DNA from: Candidatus Beckwithbacteria bacterium
Lineage (GTDB): Bacteria > Patescibacteriota > Microgenomatia > UBA1400 > CG1-02-47-37
Reading direction: 5' to 3'
DNA: 55,593 nucleotides
Assembly (NCBI GenBank): GCA_043803225.1
Contig: JAZDKF010000047.1
Coordinates: forward strand, 1-55,593
The translations under genes were made by a program, and so were the position numbers. Each line of letters begins with the position of its first letter. The stretch's first letter is position 1. Shown one piece after another: positions 35,058 to 48,128 of this stretch. The notes beneath the pieces were generated by a model. The model had not been told where the DNA came from, did no database searches, and saw only the letters and a program-made list of their open reading frames with translations.

Positions 35058-35431
35058 TTTTTAAAATAGGTTTTATAAATGTTTTCTATAGTTTTTGTGT
35101 CAATTTTTACTTTACCCCGTCCATGATGAGGCAACAACGCCCCGGAAAAATTTTTAGGAATATGCATCAGTTCATGAATAATTATCCTAATTTTATCTTC
35201 CAAACTAAGATAGTCAAATTTTTCTGAAATTATTTCTAGACAATAGTAAGCTGGAAGTTTTAAGGCCATTTGCCAAATATTAGGAAATCCCCAAATTCTG
35301 GCTCTGGCTCTGGCGGTAGCCCCATGGCTTCTAAAACAGATAATCCGCTTAGTATCAATATAAGGTATTTTCAGTTTAGCTTGGACTTGATTGACTATTT
35401 TTTTTATATCAGGGGCGAGAGAAAGTTTCAT
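35054..35431 (-). CDS. Putative HEXXH metallopeptidase (SprT/phage metallopeptidase-like)
   Basis: ARARIWG, IIIHELMHIP, GALLPH. Confidence 0.7.
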   Translation of the reverse strand: MKLSLAPDIKKIVNQVQAKLKIPYIDTKRIICFRSHGATARARARIWGFPNIWQMALKLPAYYCLEIISEKFDYLSLEDKIRIIIHELMHIPKNFSGALLPHHGRGKVKIDTKTIENIYKTYFKK

Positions 35432-35859
35432 TCCGGGAATTGGGTTTGATGGCGATAACGTTTTTTAGCGACTTTTAACTCCAAAACCGCTTTACGAAGA
35501 TCAGCCTCGGCGATAATAAACTCTTTGTCAGACAGTTTTTCTCTTAAAGCTTCTTCAGCTTTTTGCTTAGCAACTTCAACTTTGGCAATGTCAATTTCGT
35601 CAGCCCGGGTAGCGCTGTCGGCCATAACACTGACTGAGTCGTTATGAATATCCAATAGGCCTCCGGAAACAGCTAAAACCATCATTGAGGGACCTTTAAT
35701 AATATATAATTCACCTGGTTCTAATTTGGTTAATAAACCAATATGTCCTGGGAGTAAACCGATCTGACCGGCAAAGCCAGGAGCTAAGACTATATCAACG
35801 TCATCTTCTAAAACCTTTTTTTCCTGGGTAATAACCGTCAGGTGAAGTTTATTGGGCAT
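35428..35859 (-). CDS. atpC: F1 ATP synthase epsilon
   Basis: GQIGLLPGH, operon position. Confidence 0.93.
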   Translation of the reverse strand: MPNKLHLTVITQEKKVLEDDVDIVLAPGFAGQIGLLPGHIGLLTKLEPGELYIIKGPSMMVLAVSGGLLDIHNDSVSVMADSATRADEIDIAKVEVAKQKAEEALREKLSDKEFIIAEADLRKAVLELKVAKKRYRHQTQFPE

Positions 35860-35862
35860 AGC

Positions 35863-38164
<2,302 letters not shown>

Positions 38165-38167
38165 AGT

Positions 38168-39691
38168 TTAGGTTTCAGCCTCCTTAGGAATGCTAAGATC
38201 TTTATGAGCTTGATTAAATTTTATAACAGTTTTCGTTAATAATTTAAGAGTTTTATCAGAGAGAATCTTTTCTTTCGAAACAGTTTCCAACAAATCCGGC
38301 AGAGTAGAATAAATAAACTTGATAAATTCTGTTTGCCAAGTTTTAACTTTATCTAAAGGCGTTTGGTCCAGATAACCGTTGGTTACCGACCAAATGATTA
38401 AAACCTGATCTTCAACCGGCATCGGCACATCCCAGCCTTGTTTTAATATTTCCGTAATCTTAGCGCCTCGGTCAAGCTGGGCTTTAGTAACCGGATCAAG
38501 ATCAGAAGAAAATTGAGCAAAGGCAGCCATTTCCCGATATTGAGCCAGGTCCATTCTTAATTTACTGGCAACTTGGCGCATAGCTTTAACTTGGGCATTG
38601 CCGCCAACCCGAGAAACAGACAGACCGGCATTTATAGCTGGTCTAATGCCCGCGTTAAACAAATCTGACTCTAAATATATTTGGCCGTCAGTAATGGAAA
38701 TTATATTAGTAGGGATATAAGCCGAGACATCACCAGCTTGGGTTTCAATAATTGGAAGAGCAGTAATTGAGCCACCGCCATGAGTTTTATTTAACTTAAC
38801 AGCCCGTTCCAGTAAACGGGAATGAAGATAAAAAATATCACCGGGGTAGGCTTCACGGCCGGAAGGACGACGCAGCAGTAAAGATAACTCCCGATAAGCC
38901 CAGGCATGTTTGGATAGATCGTCGTAAATAACCAGAGCGTCTTTGCCCTGAGCAGCAAAGTATTCGCCGATAGCCGCACCAGCATAGGGAGCCAGATACT
39001 GTAAAGCCGGAGCGTCAGCCGCGTTAGCAGCCACTATAATCGTATGATCCATGGCTTTAAATCGTTTTAAGGTTTCTTGAAGTTGAGCAGTAAAAGCGGC
39101 TTTTTGGCCGATAACCACATAAATACAGATAAGATTTTTCTTTTTTTGATTAATCACCGTAGTTAAGGCAATCGAAGACTTACCGGTGCAACGATCGCCG
39201 ATAATTAACTCTCTTTGTCCCCGACCAATCGGAATCATGCTATCGACTGCAATTACTCCGGTTTGAACCGGCTGGTTGACCATTTCACGGGTAATAACGC
39301 CAGGAGCGATTTTTTCTAATGGATTAGAAGACAACACTTTAGGAACCGGTAATCCATCTAAGGGATTACCCAAGGAACCAATGACCCGGCCGATTAAATT
39401 CTCACCAACAGGGATTTGAAGAATTTTTCCCGTAGTAGCGACTTCATCGCCTTCTTTTAAGTGTTTAGCATCGCCCAAAATAATCGCACCGACAGAATGT
39501 TTTTCAAGGTTCAAAACTAAACCGTAAGTTTTTTGGGGAAATTCTAGAATTTCAGACATCATCGCATCATTTAAACCACTGATAGTTGCCACACCATCAC
39601 CCAGAGTGATAATCCGACCGACACTTTTAGCAGTCAAGTCAGGAGTAAACTGTTCAATACGATCAAGGATAAGTTTTTGCAAGTCAATCAT
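38168..39691 (-). CDS. atpA: F1 ATP synthase alpha
   Basis: GQRELIIGDR.TGKS, PSGREAYPGD. Confidence 0.98.
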   Translation of the reverse strand: MIDLQKLILDRIEQFTPDLTAKSVGRIITLGDGVATISGLNDAMMSEILEFPQKTYGLVLNLEKHSVGAIILGDAKHLKEGDEVATTGKILQIPVGENLIGRVIGSLGNPLDGLPVPKVLSSNPLEKIAPGVITREMVNQPVQTGVIAVDSMIPIGRGQRELIIGDRCTGKSSIALTTVINQKKKNLICIYVVIGQKAAFTAQLQETLKRFKAMDHTIIVAANAADAPALQYLAPYAGAAIGEYFAAQGKDALVIYDDLSKHAWAYRELSLLLRRPSGREAYPGDIFYLHSRLLERAVKLNKTHGGGSITALPIIETQAGDVSAYIPTNIISITDGQIYLESDLFNAGIRPAINAGLSVSRVGGNAQVKAMRQVASKLRMDLAQYREMAAFAQFSSDLDPVTKAQLDRGAKITEILKQGWDVPMPVEDQVLIIWSVTNGYLDQTPLDKVKTWQTEFIKFIYSTLPDLLETVSKEKILSDKTLKLLTKTVIKFNQAHKDLSIPKEAET

Positions 39692-40034
39692 AGATTACTG
39701 TTTCTTTTAAGGATTTGAGACGGCGATTAACAGTCACATCAATAATTTTTCCGGCAATATTGATCTTAAAACCAGCAATAATTGAAGGATCGACTTTAGC
39801 TTTAACCCTAATTTGCCGTTTAAGCTGTGAAGATAGAGTCGATTGTACCAATTTAAGCTGAGAAGCCGATAACTTGATTGGGGCAGAGACTAGAGCTAAG
39901 TTGGGATCGATTTTAACCCAACTTTTTTCAGTTAACTTTTGGGCAATTTGGGGTAATAGATCCAAGGCCCGATTCAGCTCAAGATAATTGATAATGGCTT
40001 CAGTAATGGCTTCGATTTGTTGAGAGTCCTTCAT
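39684..40034 (-). CDS. atpH: F1 ATP synthase delta (short)
   Basis: VSAPIKLS...VDPSIIAG; position between atpF and atpA. Confidence 0.8.
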   Translation of the reverse strand: MKDSQQIEAITEAIINYLELNRALDLLPQIAQKLTEKSWVKIDPNLALVSAPIKLSASQLKLVQSTLSSQLKRQIRVKAKVDPSIIAGFKINIAGKIIDVTVNRRLKSLKETVIYD

Positions 40035-40045
40035 GATGATTAATA

Positions 40046-40528
40046 TTAGGTTATTTTCAATTTTTTAATTTCCTGGTCAATAATGTTTCTTTGCTGGTTA
40101 ACAGATAAATTGCCTTGCAGAACCTGAGTGGTAGCTTTAATGACTAAATCGGTGATCCGGCCGGTAATTTGTTTTTCTTCTTCTGACAGTTTTTCTGACA
40201 TGGCTTTAAGTTTTTTATCAACTTCGCCAGAGGCCTCAATCCTGGCTGTATCCAGAATTTGTTTAGCAGTTTTATCAGATTCCTGACGAGCGGCTTCAAC
40301 AATTTTCACGGCTTCCTTTTCTGCTTCAGCCACGACCTGTTTTTTAATTTCTTCAATTTTAGCTTTTTCTTTCAAAGTAGCCTCTGCCGCTTTGATCGAG
40401 TCTTCAATTTTTTTATTCCGTTGATTAATAACAGTAATAATCGGCTGGTATAAAAACTTTTTCAACACCAGAATTAAAATACCAAAGTTAATAATCTGAA
40501 ACAAAAGTTGATACCATTGTATCGACAT
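40046..40528 (-). CDS. atpF: Fo subunit b
   Basis: QIINFGILILVLKKFLYQPI, coiled coil; AGGAG SD. Confidence 0.93.
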   Translation of the reverse strand: MSIQWYQLLFQIINFGILILVLKKFLYQPIITVINQRNKKIEDSIKAAEATLKEKAKIEEIKKQVVAEAEKEAVKIVEAARQESDKTAKQILDTARIEASGEVDKKLKAMSEKLSEEEKQITGRITDLVIKATTQVLQGNLSVNQQRNIIDQEIKKLKIT

Positions 40529-40550
40529 GGCTTTCTCCTAAAGGTTAATG

Positions 40551-40778
<228 letters not shown>

Positions 40779-40791
40779 CTAATAAATAATA

Positions 40792-41529
40792 TTAATGATG
40801 ATCGCTGGTAGCGATATTAATAAAGACTAAAGTTAATGTAGCAAAAACTAAAGCTTGAATAAAGCCGACAAATATTTCCAGTCCCATAAACGGCAGAGAG
40901 GCAAAAACCGGTATTAAAAAAGCAATCACCGCTAATAAAACCTCACCGGCAAAAATATTACCAAACAACCGGAAGGCAAAAGAGATAATTTTGGCAAATT
41001 CGCTAATAAGTTCCAGAAACCCGACAAAGAAGTTAATCGGACTGCTAAAATCAAAAAACTTTTTAAAATACTTGATGCCTTTTGACTTGTAACCGTAAAC
41101 TTGAATGCTGACAACAGCGAAGATAGCCAAGCCTAAAGTAATATTAAGGTCTGCAGTCCCGCCACGAAAAAATGGAACATAATGAGCGGCTCCGTTAACA
41201 ATTTTGTTGAAGCCGATGGTTTCACTTCCCGGCAGTAAACCAGCCCAACTACCCAGCATGACGAATAAGAAAATAGTAGCGATAAGCGGAAAAAAACGAC
41301 TGGCCTGCTGAGGAGTGATTGATTGAACAAATTCGTAGAATGATTCAAGGATAGTTTGGACCATTAAATAAAAATCTGACTTTTTTTTATTTTTTAAAAA
41401 AAGGGAGAATTTAATAGCGATTATCGACAGAACAAGCGTAACTAATAAACTTACCAGCATTGAGTTGGTAAATTCAAAAAAACCCAAACTAAAAATCGGC
41501 TGGGCCGATATTGATATATGCAAAGCCAT
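40792..41529 (-). CDS. atpB: Fo subunit a
   Basis: SFAFRLFGNIFAGE, IQALVF. Confidence 0.95.
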   Translation of the reverse strand: MALHISISAQPIFSLGFFEFTNSMLVSLLVTLVLSIIAIKFSLFLKNKKKSDFYLMVQTILESFYEFVQSITPQQASRFFPLIATIFLFVMLGSWAGLLPGSETIGFNKIVNGAAHYVPFFRGGTADLNITLGLAIFAVVSIQVYGYKSKGIKYFKKFFDFSSPINFFVGFLELISEFAKIISFAFRLFGNIFAGEVLLAVIAFLIPVFASLPFMGLEIFVGFIQALVFATLTLVFINIATSDHH

Positions 41530-41550
41530 AGTTAGTATTTTTATTATATA

Positions 41551-42414
41551 TCATGATTTTAGGTGGGTAAATAGCTCTTGGGGCGAAAAACCTAATTTTT
41601 TTTGAAAACTGGCTATCAGCGAGTTGGCTTTTTCTCGTGATTCCGGCCAGGCAGAGAATTGATAGTGGGTTATGATTTTCCAGAGCAATTTAGCCTGATA
41701 ATTCGGTAAAGGATATTTATTTTTAAAGTCATCATCCTGACGGGCTTCTCCGGAAAATGCCAATGAACCGGTTTGGCCTTTAGCTTTATGAATTTCCTTT
41801 ATTAGTTTTACTTTAGTATATTTATCAAGTTTTTCATCACGGCGACGAACGATTTCATCAAGGTGGGAAGTTAAAATGACCGCGGTTCCGGAAAGAATAA
41901 CATCATGAACTATTGGAGAAATTTCTCCTTTAGCCCCAAGATAAGTTACCCGGGAAAAAACAATCTTCTTTAAACTAGCCAGAATTAGATTCACTTCACT
42001 GATTAAACCATTATGAAACATTTGATTGAGCAGACAATTAACTATGGCATAACGAGTTCGATAACTGTCGATATTTGACCGGTTAATTTCCGGATCCAGA
42101 GCCCAAAAAGTTAATTGATTAATAATTGCCAGCCTTTGTTCCCGGCCGGATTTTGTTTCCGGATTTGTAGTCAAAAATATGGCGGCCTTTTTTTCTACTT
42201 GAGAGTAATGGATCAGCGGCGGTAAAACTTTATTTCTGGCTTTAACCAGTTTGACCCGGTATTTTAAGAACTTTTCCGCATCTTCTTCGCCAAATATTGT
42301 CGCTAAAAATTCATAACGGGGAGTCCAGTCATTTTTAAAAGCGATCCATAAAATAAGATCAAATCTCAGCCAGATATAGGTAACGAAAATAAAACAGTAT
42401 TTTAACGGATTCAT
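41551..42414 (-). CDS. Hypothetical protein
   Basis: Long ORF; the track start (42447) lies inside tRNA-Glu, so the first usable ATG is 42414. Confidence 0.7.
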   Translation of the reverse strand: MNPLKYCFIFVTYIWLRFDLILWIAFKNDWTPRYEFLATIFGEEDAEKFLKYRVKLVKARNKVLPPLIHYSQVEKKAAIFLTTNPETKSGREQRLAIINQLTFWALDPEINRSNIDSYRTRYAIVNCLLNQMFHNGLISEVNLILASLKKIVFSRVTYLGAKGEISPIVHDVILSGTAVILTSHLDEIVRRRDEKLDKYTKVKLIKEIHKAKGQTGSLAFSGEARQDDDFKNKYPLPNYQAKLLWKIITHYQFSAWPESREKANSLIASFQKKLGFSPQELFTHLKS

Positions 42415-42422
42415 AAATGAAG

Positions 42423-42494
<72 letters not shown>

Positions 42495-42504
42495 TGAAGA
42501 AATG

Positions 42505-42577
42505 TGAGCCGTACAGGACTTGAACCTGTGACCAATTGCTTAAAAGGCAACTGCTCTACCAACTGAGCTAACGGCCC
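42505..42577 (-). tRNA. tRNA-Lys(UUU)
   Basis: GGGCCGT/ACGGCTC acceptor, anticodon loop CTTTTAA. Confidence 0.95.
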
Positions 42578-42584
42578 TGTGAGA

Positions 42585-42926
42585 TTATTTTACCACTTTA
42601 GTCTTATCTGATTTAACTTTAAGAGCGGTTTTCCCAATCCGGTTTTTTAAGAAGTAGAGTTTAGCTCTTCGGGTATTGCCTGATTTTATCAGGGTAACTT
42701 TTATAATTGACGGGCTGTCAACCGGCCAAATTTTTTCAACACCAATACTATCAGCGGAAATTTTTCTAACCGTAAAAGTTGTTCCCGGTTTTCTGCCTTT
42801 GATACTAATAACTATGCCTTGGAATGATTGAGTTTGAGGTTTGTTCTCGACTACAAACCCCTGTTTAACTTTAACCGTATCACCGATAGAAATTTGAGTA
42901 TTTTTAACAATAATTGAGATTGCCAT
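42585..42926 (-). CDS. rplS: 50S ribosomal protein L19
   Basis: GDTVKV, FQGIVI, TFTVRKIS..IGVEKIWP, RRAKLYFL. Confidence 0.95.
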   Translation of the reverse strand: MAISIIVKNTQISIGDTVKVKQGFVVENKPQTQSFQGIVISIKGRKPGTTFTVRKISADSIGVEKIWPVDSPSIIKVTLIKSGNTRRAKLYFLKNRIGKTALKVKSDKTKVVK

Positions 42927-42957
42927 AATAGAGTGAATTTTACCTTTGGATCAAGTT

Positions 42958-44592
42958 TTATGCAAGAGAGAGTTTGGCCGCCTGAATAAAATCAATAAAA
43001 ATCGGGTGCGGAGATAAGGGTCTGGATTTGTACTCGGGATGACCTTGGGTTCCGATAAAGAAAGGGTGTTTAGATGTCGGCAGTTCAATAATTTCGACCA
43101 AGTTCTCTTTAATTGACCGTCCGGAAATAATTAACCCAGCTGATTCTAATTGAGAGACGTAGTTCTGATTAAATTCATAACGGTGACGGTGACGTTCGGA
43201 AATTAAATTGGTTTTATAAGCTTTATAGGCAAGCGTGGCTGATTTAACCTTACAATCCCAGGCACCCAAACGCATAGTCCCGCCATAAGCCCGTAATTTA
43301 AGGTTTCGTTTTTGTTCCGGAATTATATGAATCACCGGATAGGGAGTATGAGGATCGGCTTCAGTAGTGTTGGCGCGGGCTAAACCAGCTACATGACGGC
43401 TAAATTCAACAACAGCTAACTGCATGCCGAAACAAAGGCCTAAAAAGGGAATTTTGTTTTCCCGGCTATATTGAATTGCTTGAATCATGCCTTCCACGCC
43501 TCTGGGCCCCCAACCGATAGGTACAATAATTCCCTGGCAGTCCGACAATAGTTGACTTGGATTTGAACCAAGCGTTTCCGCATTAATTTGCTTTAATTTT
43601 AATTTAACCTGATTGTGCCAGCCAGCATGATTCAGGGCTTCAATCAAGGCCGCATAAGAGTCACTGAGATGATAATCACCAGTAGCAAAATATTTTCCAA
43701 CAATAGCAATGGTGACAGTTTGTTTTTTGGGCTGTTTAATTAATTGAACTAAATGATGCCAGGCTTTCAATTTCGGCTGAGTTACCGGTAATTTAAACAA
43801 AGATAAAACTTTTTGAGAAAATTTTTGTTTGGCAAAAATTAACGGCAGTTCAAGAATGTTTTCAACATCCGGGGCCGAGATAATATGGTCTGGTTCAACA
43901 TTACAAAACAAGGCAAATCTATCTAAACGCCGATTATCAATAAACCGATCAGCCCGAGCCACGATAAAGTCAGGTTGAATTCCCATCGAGTTTAGAAGTT
44001 TAACTGATAGTTGAGTCGGTTTGGTTTTTGGTTCGCCTAAATGAGGCGGAGTGGGCAGGTAAGAAACATGAACATTTAACACCGGATCCTTGTATTTAAG
44101 CTTCATAATCCGGGAAGCCTCGTAATAAAGCGCGTTTTGATACTCACCGACTGTCCCGCCCAGTTCAACCAAGACGAAGTCAGCTTTAAATTTTTTAGTG
44201 ACAGCTTTAATGCGGGAAATAATTTCGTCAGTCACATGAGGGATGGCTTCAACGTCTTCTCCATGGTAAAAAAAGTTCCGTTCTTTATCGATAACTGATT
44301 TATATATCTGACCCATGGTAATAAAGTTTTGCCGGGAAAGATTTTGATCTAAAAACCGTTCATAAGTACCCAAATCCATATCAGTTTCCGCACCATCTTC
44401 ACACAAGAAAGGATCACCATGTTCAATCGGGTTAATTAAGCCGGAATCAAGATTTAAATAATTTTCGCATTTAACCGGAACGACCTGATAACCATGAGAT
44501 TTTAACAGAAGAGCTAAGGAAGCAGTCACTGCCCCTTTTCCGAGACCTGATAATACCCCACCTGAAACAAAAATGTATTTAGTTTGCAGCAT
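42958..44592 (-). CDS. pyrG: CTP synthase
   Basis: GGVLSGLGKG, ELGGTVG, KTKPTQ, GLCFGMQ, ERHRHRYE, GHPEY. Confidence 0.97.
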   Translation of the reverse strand: MLQTKYIFVSGGVLSGLGKGAVTASLALLLKSHGYQVVPVKCENYLNLDSGLINPIEHGDPFLCEDGAETDMDLGTYERFLDQNLSRQNFITMGQIYKSVIDKERNFFYHGEDVEAIPHVTDEIISRIKAVTKKFKADFVLVELGGTVGEYQNALYYEASRIMKLKYKDPVLNVHVSYLPTPPHLGEPKTKPTQLSVKLLNSMGIQPDFIVARADRFIDNRRLDRFALFCNVEPDHIISAPDVENILELPLIFAKQKFSQKVLSLFKLPVTQPKLKAWHHLVQLIKQPKKQTVTIAIVGKYFATGDYHLSDSYAALIEALNHAGWHNQVKLKLKQINAETLGSNPSQLLSDCQGIIVPIGWGPRGVEGMIQAIQYSRENKIPFLGLCFGMQLAVVEFSRHVAGLARANTTEADPHTPYPVIHIIPEQKRNLKLRAYGGTMRLGAWDCKVKSATLAYKAYKTNLISERHRHRYEFNQNYVSQLESAGLIISGRSIKENLVEIIELPTSKHPFFIGTQGHPEYKSRPLSPHPIFIDFIQAAKLSLA

Positions 44593-44598
44593 AGAACA

Positions 44599-47500
44599 TT
44601 ATACCTTAAAAGGCTTCAAAATGCTAGTAATTTCTTTTTTTATTACGTTAAAATTAATCGGATAAGGAAGGGTGATTGTTCTAGTTTCGCCGCCGTTAAT
44701 TAATTTTAAAGTGATTATGTCATTGCCGGGATTGGATTGGAAAAGCTGATTTAAACTGACTAAAATATCTTTAGGAGTCGATTGTTTGATTTCCAAAGTA
44801 ATTTCTTGAGACTTTTCGGTTGTCTTTTCATTAATAGATTCCAGTTTAGACGAAGGGTTAACCGCCGAATCTACAATCAGAGTTAAACGGTCTTTAATAT
44901 CAACTTTACCAGTGACTAAAATCGGTTGATCATTAATCCAGGAAGATTTAGTTGAAGCATAAAGCTTGGGGAAAATTACAAGTTCAATCGACCCGGTATC
45001 ATCTTCCAGATTAGCAAAGGCCATCTCCTGATTAGATTTTTTAGTAACAATTATCTTTAAGCCTTTAATAATGCCGCCAATTGTAACAGTCTTGTGAACG
45101 TGAAGCTTTGGATCCAGTTCACCGATTTGATGAGAAACTAAAGATTTTAATTGTTCCAAAGATTTAGCTAAGGGATGTTCGGTTAAGTAAAAACCCAGCA
45201 GTTGTTTTTCAAAGCTTAATAAATCAATTTTGCTAAATTCTTCAGCTTCGGCCAGCTTATCAATGGCTTCAGTTTTCTGAGTGTCTGAACCGGAAAACAT
45301 GGAGACCTGCGGGCTGTTTTGAATTTTTTGCGCTTCAGCGGCTTTTTGCCTAATGTCTTCAAGAGATAATAATAATTGGCTTCTTTTGGCAAAAGCATCA
45401 AAAGCACCAACCTGAATTAAACTTTCTAAAACTTTTTTATTCACCTTTTGTTGGTCAATCCGTTGGCAAAAATCAGTAAAAGAAGAAAAAAACTTTTTAG
45501 TCCTGGCTTTAATAATCGCCTCAATCGCGGCTTCACCGACATTTTTTATCGCTGACAAACCAAAAACAATTGCCTGATCATTTAAGGAAGTTTTATCTTT
45601 AATAATAGTAAAGCCAATACAGGAACGGTTAATATCCGGTGGATAAACTTTAATCTTCATTCGTTTAGCTTCGGCAATTGCCAGGGGAATTTTGTCCTTG
45701 TCGTTTGATTCAGCTGATAGAAGAGCAGCCATAAATTCAACTGGATAATGAGCTTTCATATAGGCAGTTTGGTAAGAGATCATGGCATAAGCCGTGGCGT
45801 GCGCTTTGTTAAAACCATAACCAACAAATTTTTCGATATAACCCCAAACCCGTTCAGCCACTTCCCGGTTATACCCTTTTTCTCGGGATTGTTGAATAAA
45901 CTTGGTTCTTTCTTTGGTCATTAAAACCCGCTTTTTTTTACCGATTGCCCGGCGTAAAATATCCGCCTCACCCAGAGTGTAACCGGCCATAACATTAGCA
46001 ATTTGCAGAGCTTGTTCCTGGTACACCGCAATCCCGTAAGTTTCAGCCAAGACCGGTTTTAAGTCCTCATGAGGATATTTAATTGAGGATGGATTTTTTT
46101 TACCAGAAATAAAATCGTCGATTAAGTCCATTGGCCCTGGCCGATAAAGAGCCACCATAGCGGTAATATCAGAAAATCGATTAGGAAGAAGTTTTTTGGC
46201 AACTGAACGCATACCGCCTGATTCGAGCTGGAATATCCCAATGGTATGACCTAAACTTAATAATTTATAGACAGCCGGATCGTCAAGAGGAATTTCTGAC
46301 ATATCGACTTTAGGTTTGCCTTGTTCAGTGACAAAATTTATGGCATTCTGAAGCGTAGTTAGATTTCGCAGTCCCAGAAAGTCGATTTTCAGCAAACCAA
46401 TCGCATCAGCATCAATATTACAATCAAGCGAATACATGTCGTATTGGGTCATGATCCGTTCATTTTTTGATTCAAGCTGAAGCGGAGTATACTCAGTCAA
46501 GGGCTTGTCACCGATAACGACACCGGCGGCGTGGGTTGAAGCGTGCCTGGCAGTTCCTTCAACTTTTTTAGCTAAATTAATCAGTTCTTTAAATTCAGGC
46601 TGACTATAGTATTCCTGAAGTTCCTGGCTGTTAATCAAGGCTTCTTCAATACTAAAGCCATAAGGAATCAATTTTGAAATCTTGTCAGGTTCAGAGTAAG
46701 GCATGCCTAAAACCCGGCCAATATCCCGAATGGCACCTTTAGCTTCCATACTGCCGAAAGTAATAATTTGGGCAACCCGGTCTTTGCCATATTTTTCGGC
46801 CACATAGTGAATGACTTCATCCCGGCGGTCATCAGCAAAATCCAGATCAATATCTGGCGGGCTGGGACGTTCAGGATTCATAAACCGTTCAAAAGGGATG
46901 TTGTGCTCGATCGGATCGATGGTGGTAATTCTTAAAGAAAATGCCACCAAAGAACCGGCAACACTACCCCGGCCGGGACCAACCCGAATCTTATGTTGTT
47001 TAGCCCAGTTAACAAAGTCCTGAACAATTAAAAAATAGGTGGCAAAACCTTTGTCACAAATAATTTTAAGTTCATACTTCAGCCTTTTTTCCAGTTCAGG
47101 AGTAATTTTGGCAAAACGTTTTTTCAAGCCTTGAATAGCTAAAAATTCCAGATAGTTTTCAGATTTTTTAAAACCTTTAGGCAAAGTAAAATTCGGGAGA
47201 ATCCATTTCCCGGTCGGAATAGTGACATTGCATTTATCGGCAATTTTAACTGAATTATTTAAAGCATCAGGCAAGTCAGGAAAAAGTTGTTTCATTTCTT
47301 CAGCGGACTTTAAGTAATAATCTGGCGAGTTAATCATTGAGAGTCGATTAGCATCAGAAAGAACGGTCTTGGTTTGAATTGCCAATAAAGCATCCTGAGC
47401 TTTGGCATCAGCTTTAGTCACATAGTGCAGATCATTAGTAGCGACAAGCGGAATTCCCAGCTGACGGGAAAACTCAATTAGTTTTTGATTGACTTTTTTC

Positions 47501-48048
47501 AATTCAGGGATACCCTGGTGAATCTGAAGTTCCAAGTAAAAGTCGTCTTGAAACAGTTTTTGAAAATATTGACAGTACTTTATGGCTTCTTTGTCATTGT
47601 TGTCCAGGATCATTTGAGGAATTAAACCCTGAATACAGGAAGAGGTGGCGATTAAACCTTCTGAATATTTTTCTAAAGCTTTAAAATCAAATCGGGGACG
47701 ATAGTAGTAGCCTTCCAAATTAGCTAAGGTAGTTAAGCGCATTAGATTTTGGTAACCAATAAAGTTTTTAGCCAGGAACAGCTGATGATAGGTTTGTTTC
47801 TGAGCACCAGGAGATTTGTCATGGCAGTCAAGAGTTGTCAGATAACCTTCGATACCGATAATCGGTTTGATACCGGCTTTTTTAGCCGCATTATGAAATT
47901 TAACGGCGCCATACATCACCCCGTGATCGGTAATAGCGATGGCTTTCATCTTCAACTCAATTACCCGTTTAATCAGCTCGTCAAGTTTACATAAACCATC
48001 CAAAAGTGAGTATTGAGTATGAACATGAAGATGAACAAAATCAGTCAT
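44599..48048 (-). CDS. dnaE: DNA polymerase III alpha subunit
   Basis: PHP HLHVH, GRGS, PDIDLDF, KIDFLGL, YGFNKAH, OB-fold. Confidence 0.98.
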   Translation of the reverse strand: MTDFVHLHVHTQYSLLDGLCKLDELIKRVIELKMKAIAITDHGVMYGAVKFHNAAKKAGIKPIIGIEGYLTTLDCHDKSPGAQKQTYHQLFLAKNFIGYQNLMRLTTLANLEGYYYRPRFDFKALEKYSEGLIATSSCIQGLIPQMILDNNDKEAIKYCQYFQKLFQDDFYLELQIHQGIPELKKVNQKLIEFSRQLGIPLVATNDLHYVTKADAKAQDALLAIQTKTVLSDANRLSMINSPDYYLKSAEEMKQLFPDLPDALNNSVKIADKCNVTIPTGKWILPNFTLPKGFKKSENYLEFLAIQGLKKRFAKITPELEKRLKYELKIICDKGFATYFLIVQDFVNWAKQHKIRVGPGRGSVAGSLVAFSLRITTIDPIEHNIPFERFMNPERPSPPDIDLDFADDRRDEVIHYVAEKYGKDRVAQIITFGSMEAKGAIRDIGRVLGMPYSEPDKISKLIPYGFSIEEALINSQELQEYYSQPEFKELINLAKKVEGTARHASTHAAGVVIGDKPLTEYTPLQLESKNERIMTQYDMYSLDCNIDADAIGLLKIDFLGLRNLTTLQNAINFVTEQGKPKVDMSEIPLDDPAVYKLLSLGHTIGIFQLESGGMRSVAKKLLPNRFSDITAMVALYRPGPMDLIDDFISGKKNPSSIKYPHEDLKPVLAETYGIAVYQEQALQIANVMAGYTLGEADILRRAIGKKKRVLMTKERTKFIQQSREKGYNREVAERVWGYIEKFVGYGFNKAHATAYAMISYQTAYMKAHYPVEFMAALLSAESNDKDKIPLAIAEAKRMKIKVYPPDINRSCIGFTIIKDKTSLNDQAIVFGLSAIKNVGEAAIEAIIKARTKKFFSSFTDFCQRIDQQKVNKKVLESLIQVGAFDAFAKRSQLLLSLEDIRQKAAEAQKIQNSPQVSMFSGSDTQKTEAIDKLAEAEEFSKIDLLSFEKQLLGFYLTEHPLAKSLEQLKSLVSHQIGELDPKLHVHKTVTIGGIIKGLKIIVTKKSNQEMAFANLEDDTGSIELVIFPKLYASTKSSWINDQPILVTGKVDIKDRLTLIVDSAVNPSSKLESINEKTTEKSQEITLEIKQSTPKDILVSLNQLFQSNPGNDIITLKLINGGETRTITLPYPINFNVIKKEITSILKPFKV

Positions 48049-48090
48049 TACCTCATCTTATTTTTTTTACCTTTATTTTTCAACTCTAAA

Positions 48091-48113
48091 CCTACAGGGT
48101 CGGACCTTGTAGG
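48091..48113. repeat. REP-2 copy upstream of RAYT2
   Basis: CCTACAGGGTCGGACCTTGTAGG. Confidence 0.9.
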
Positions 48114-48128
48114 TATATAATAAGATTT

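Noticed and set aside
48049-48054. GAGGT Shine-Dalgarno for dnaE
   Set aside because: It lies only 1 nt from the ATG. The TAAGAT box 6 nt upstream fits a leaderless start better.
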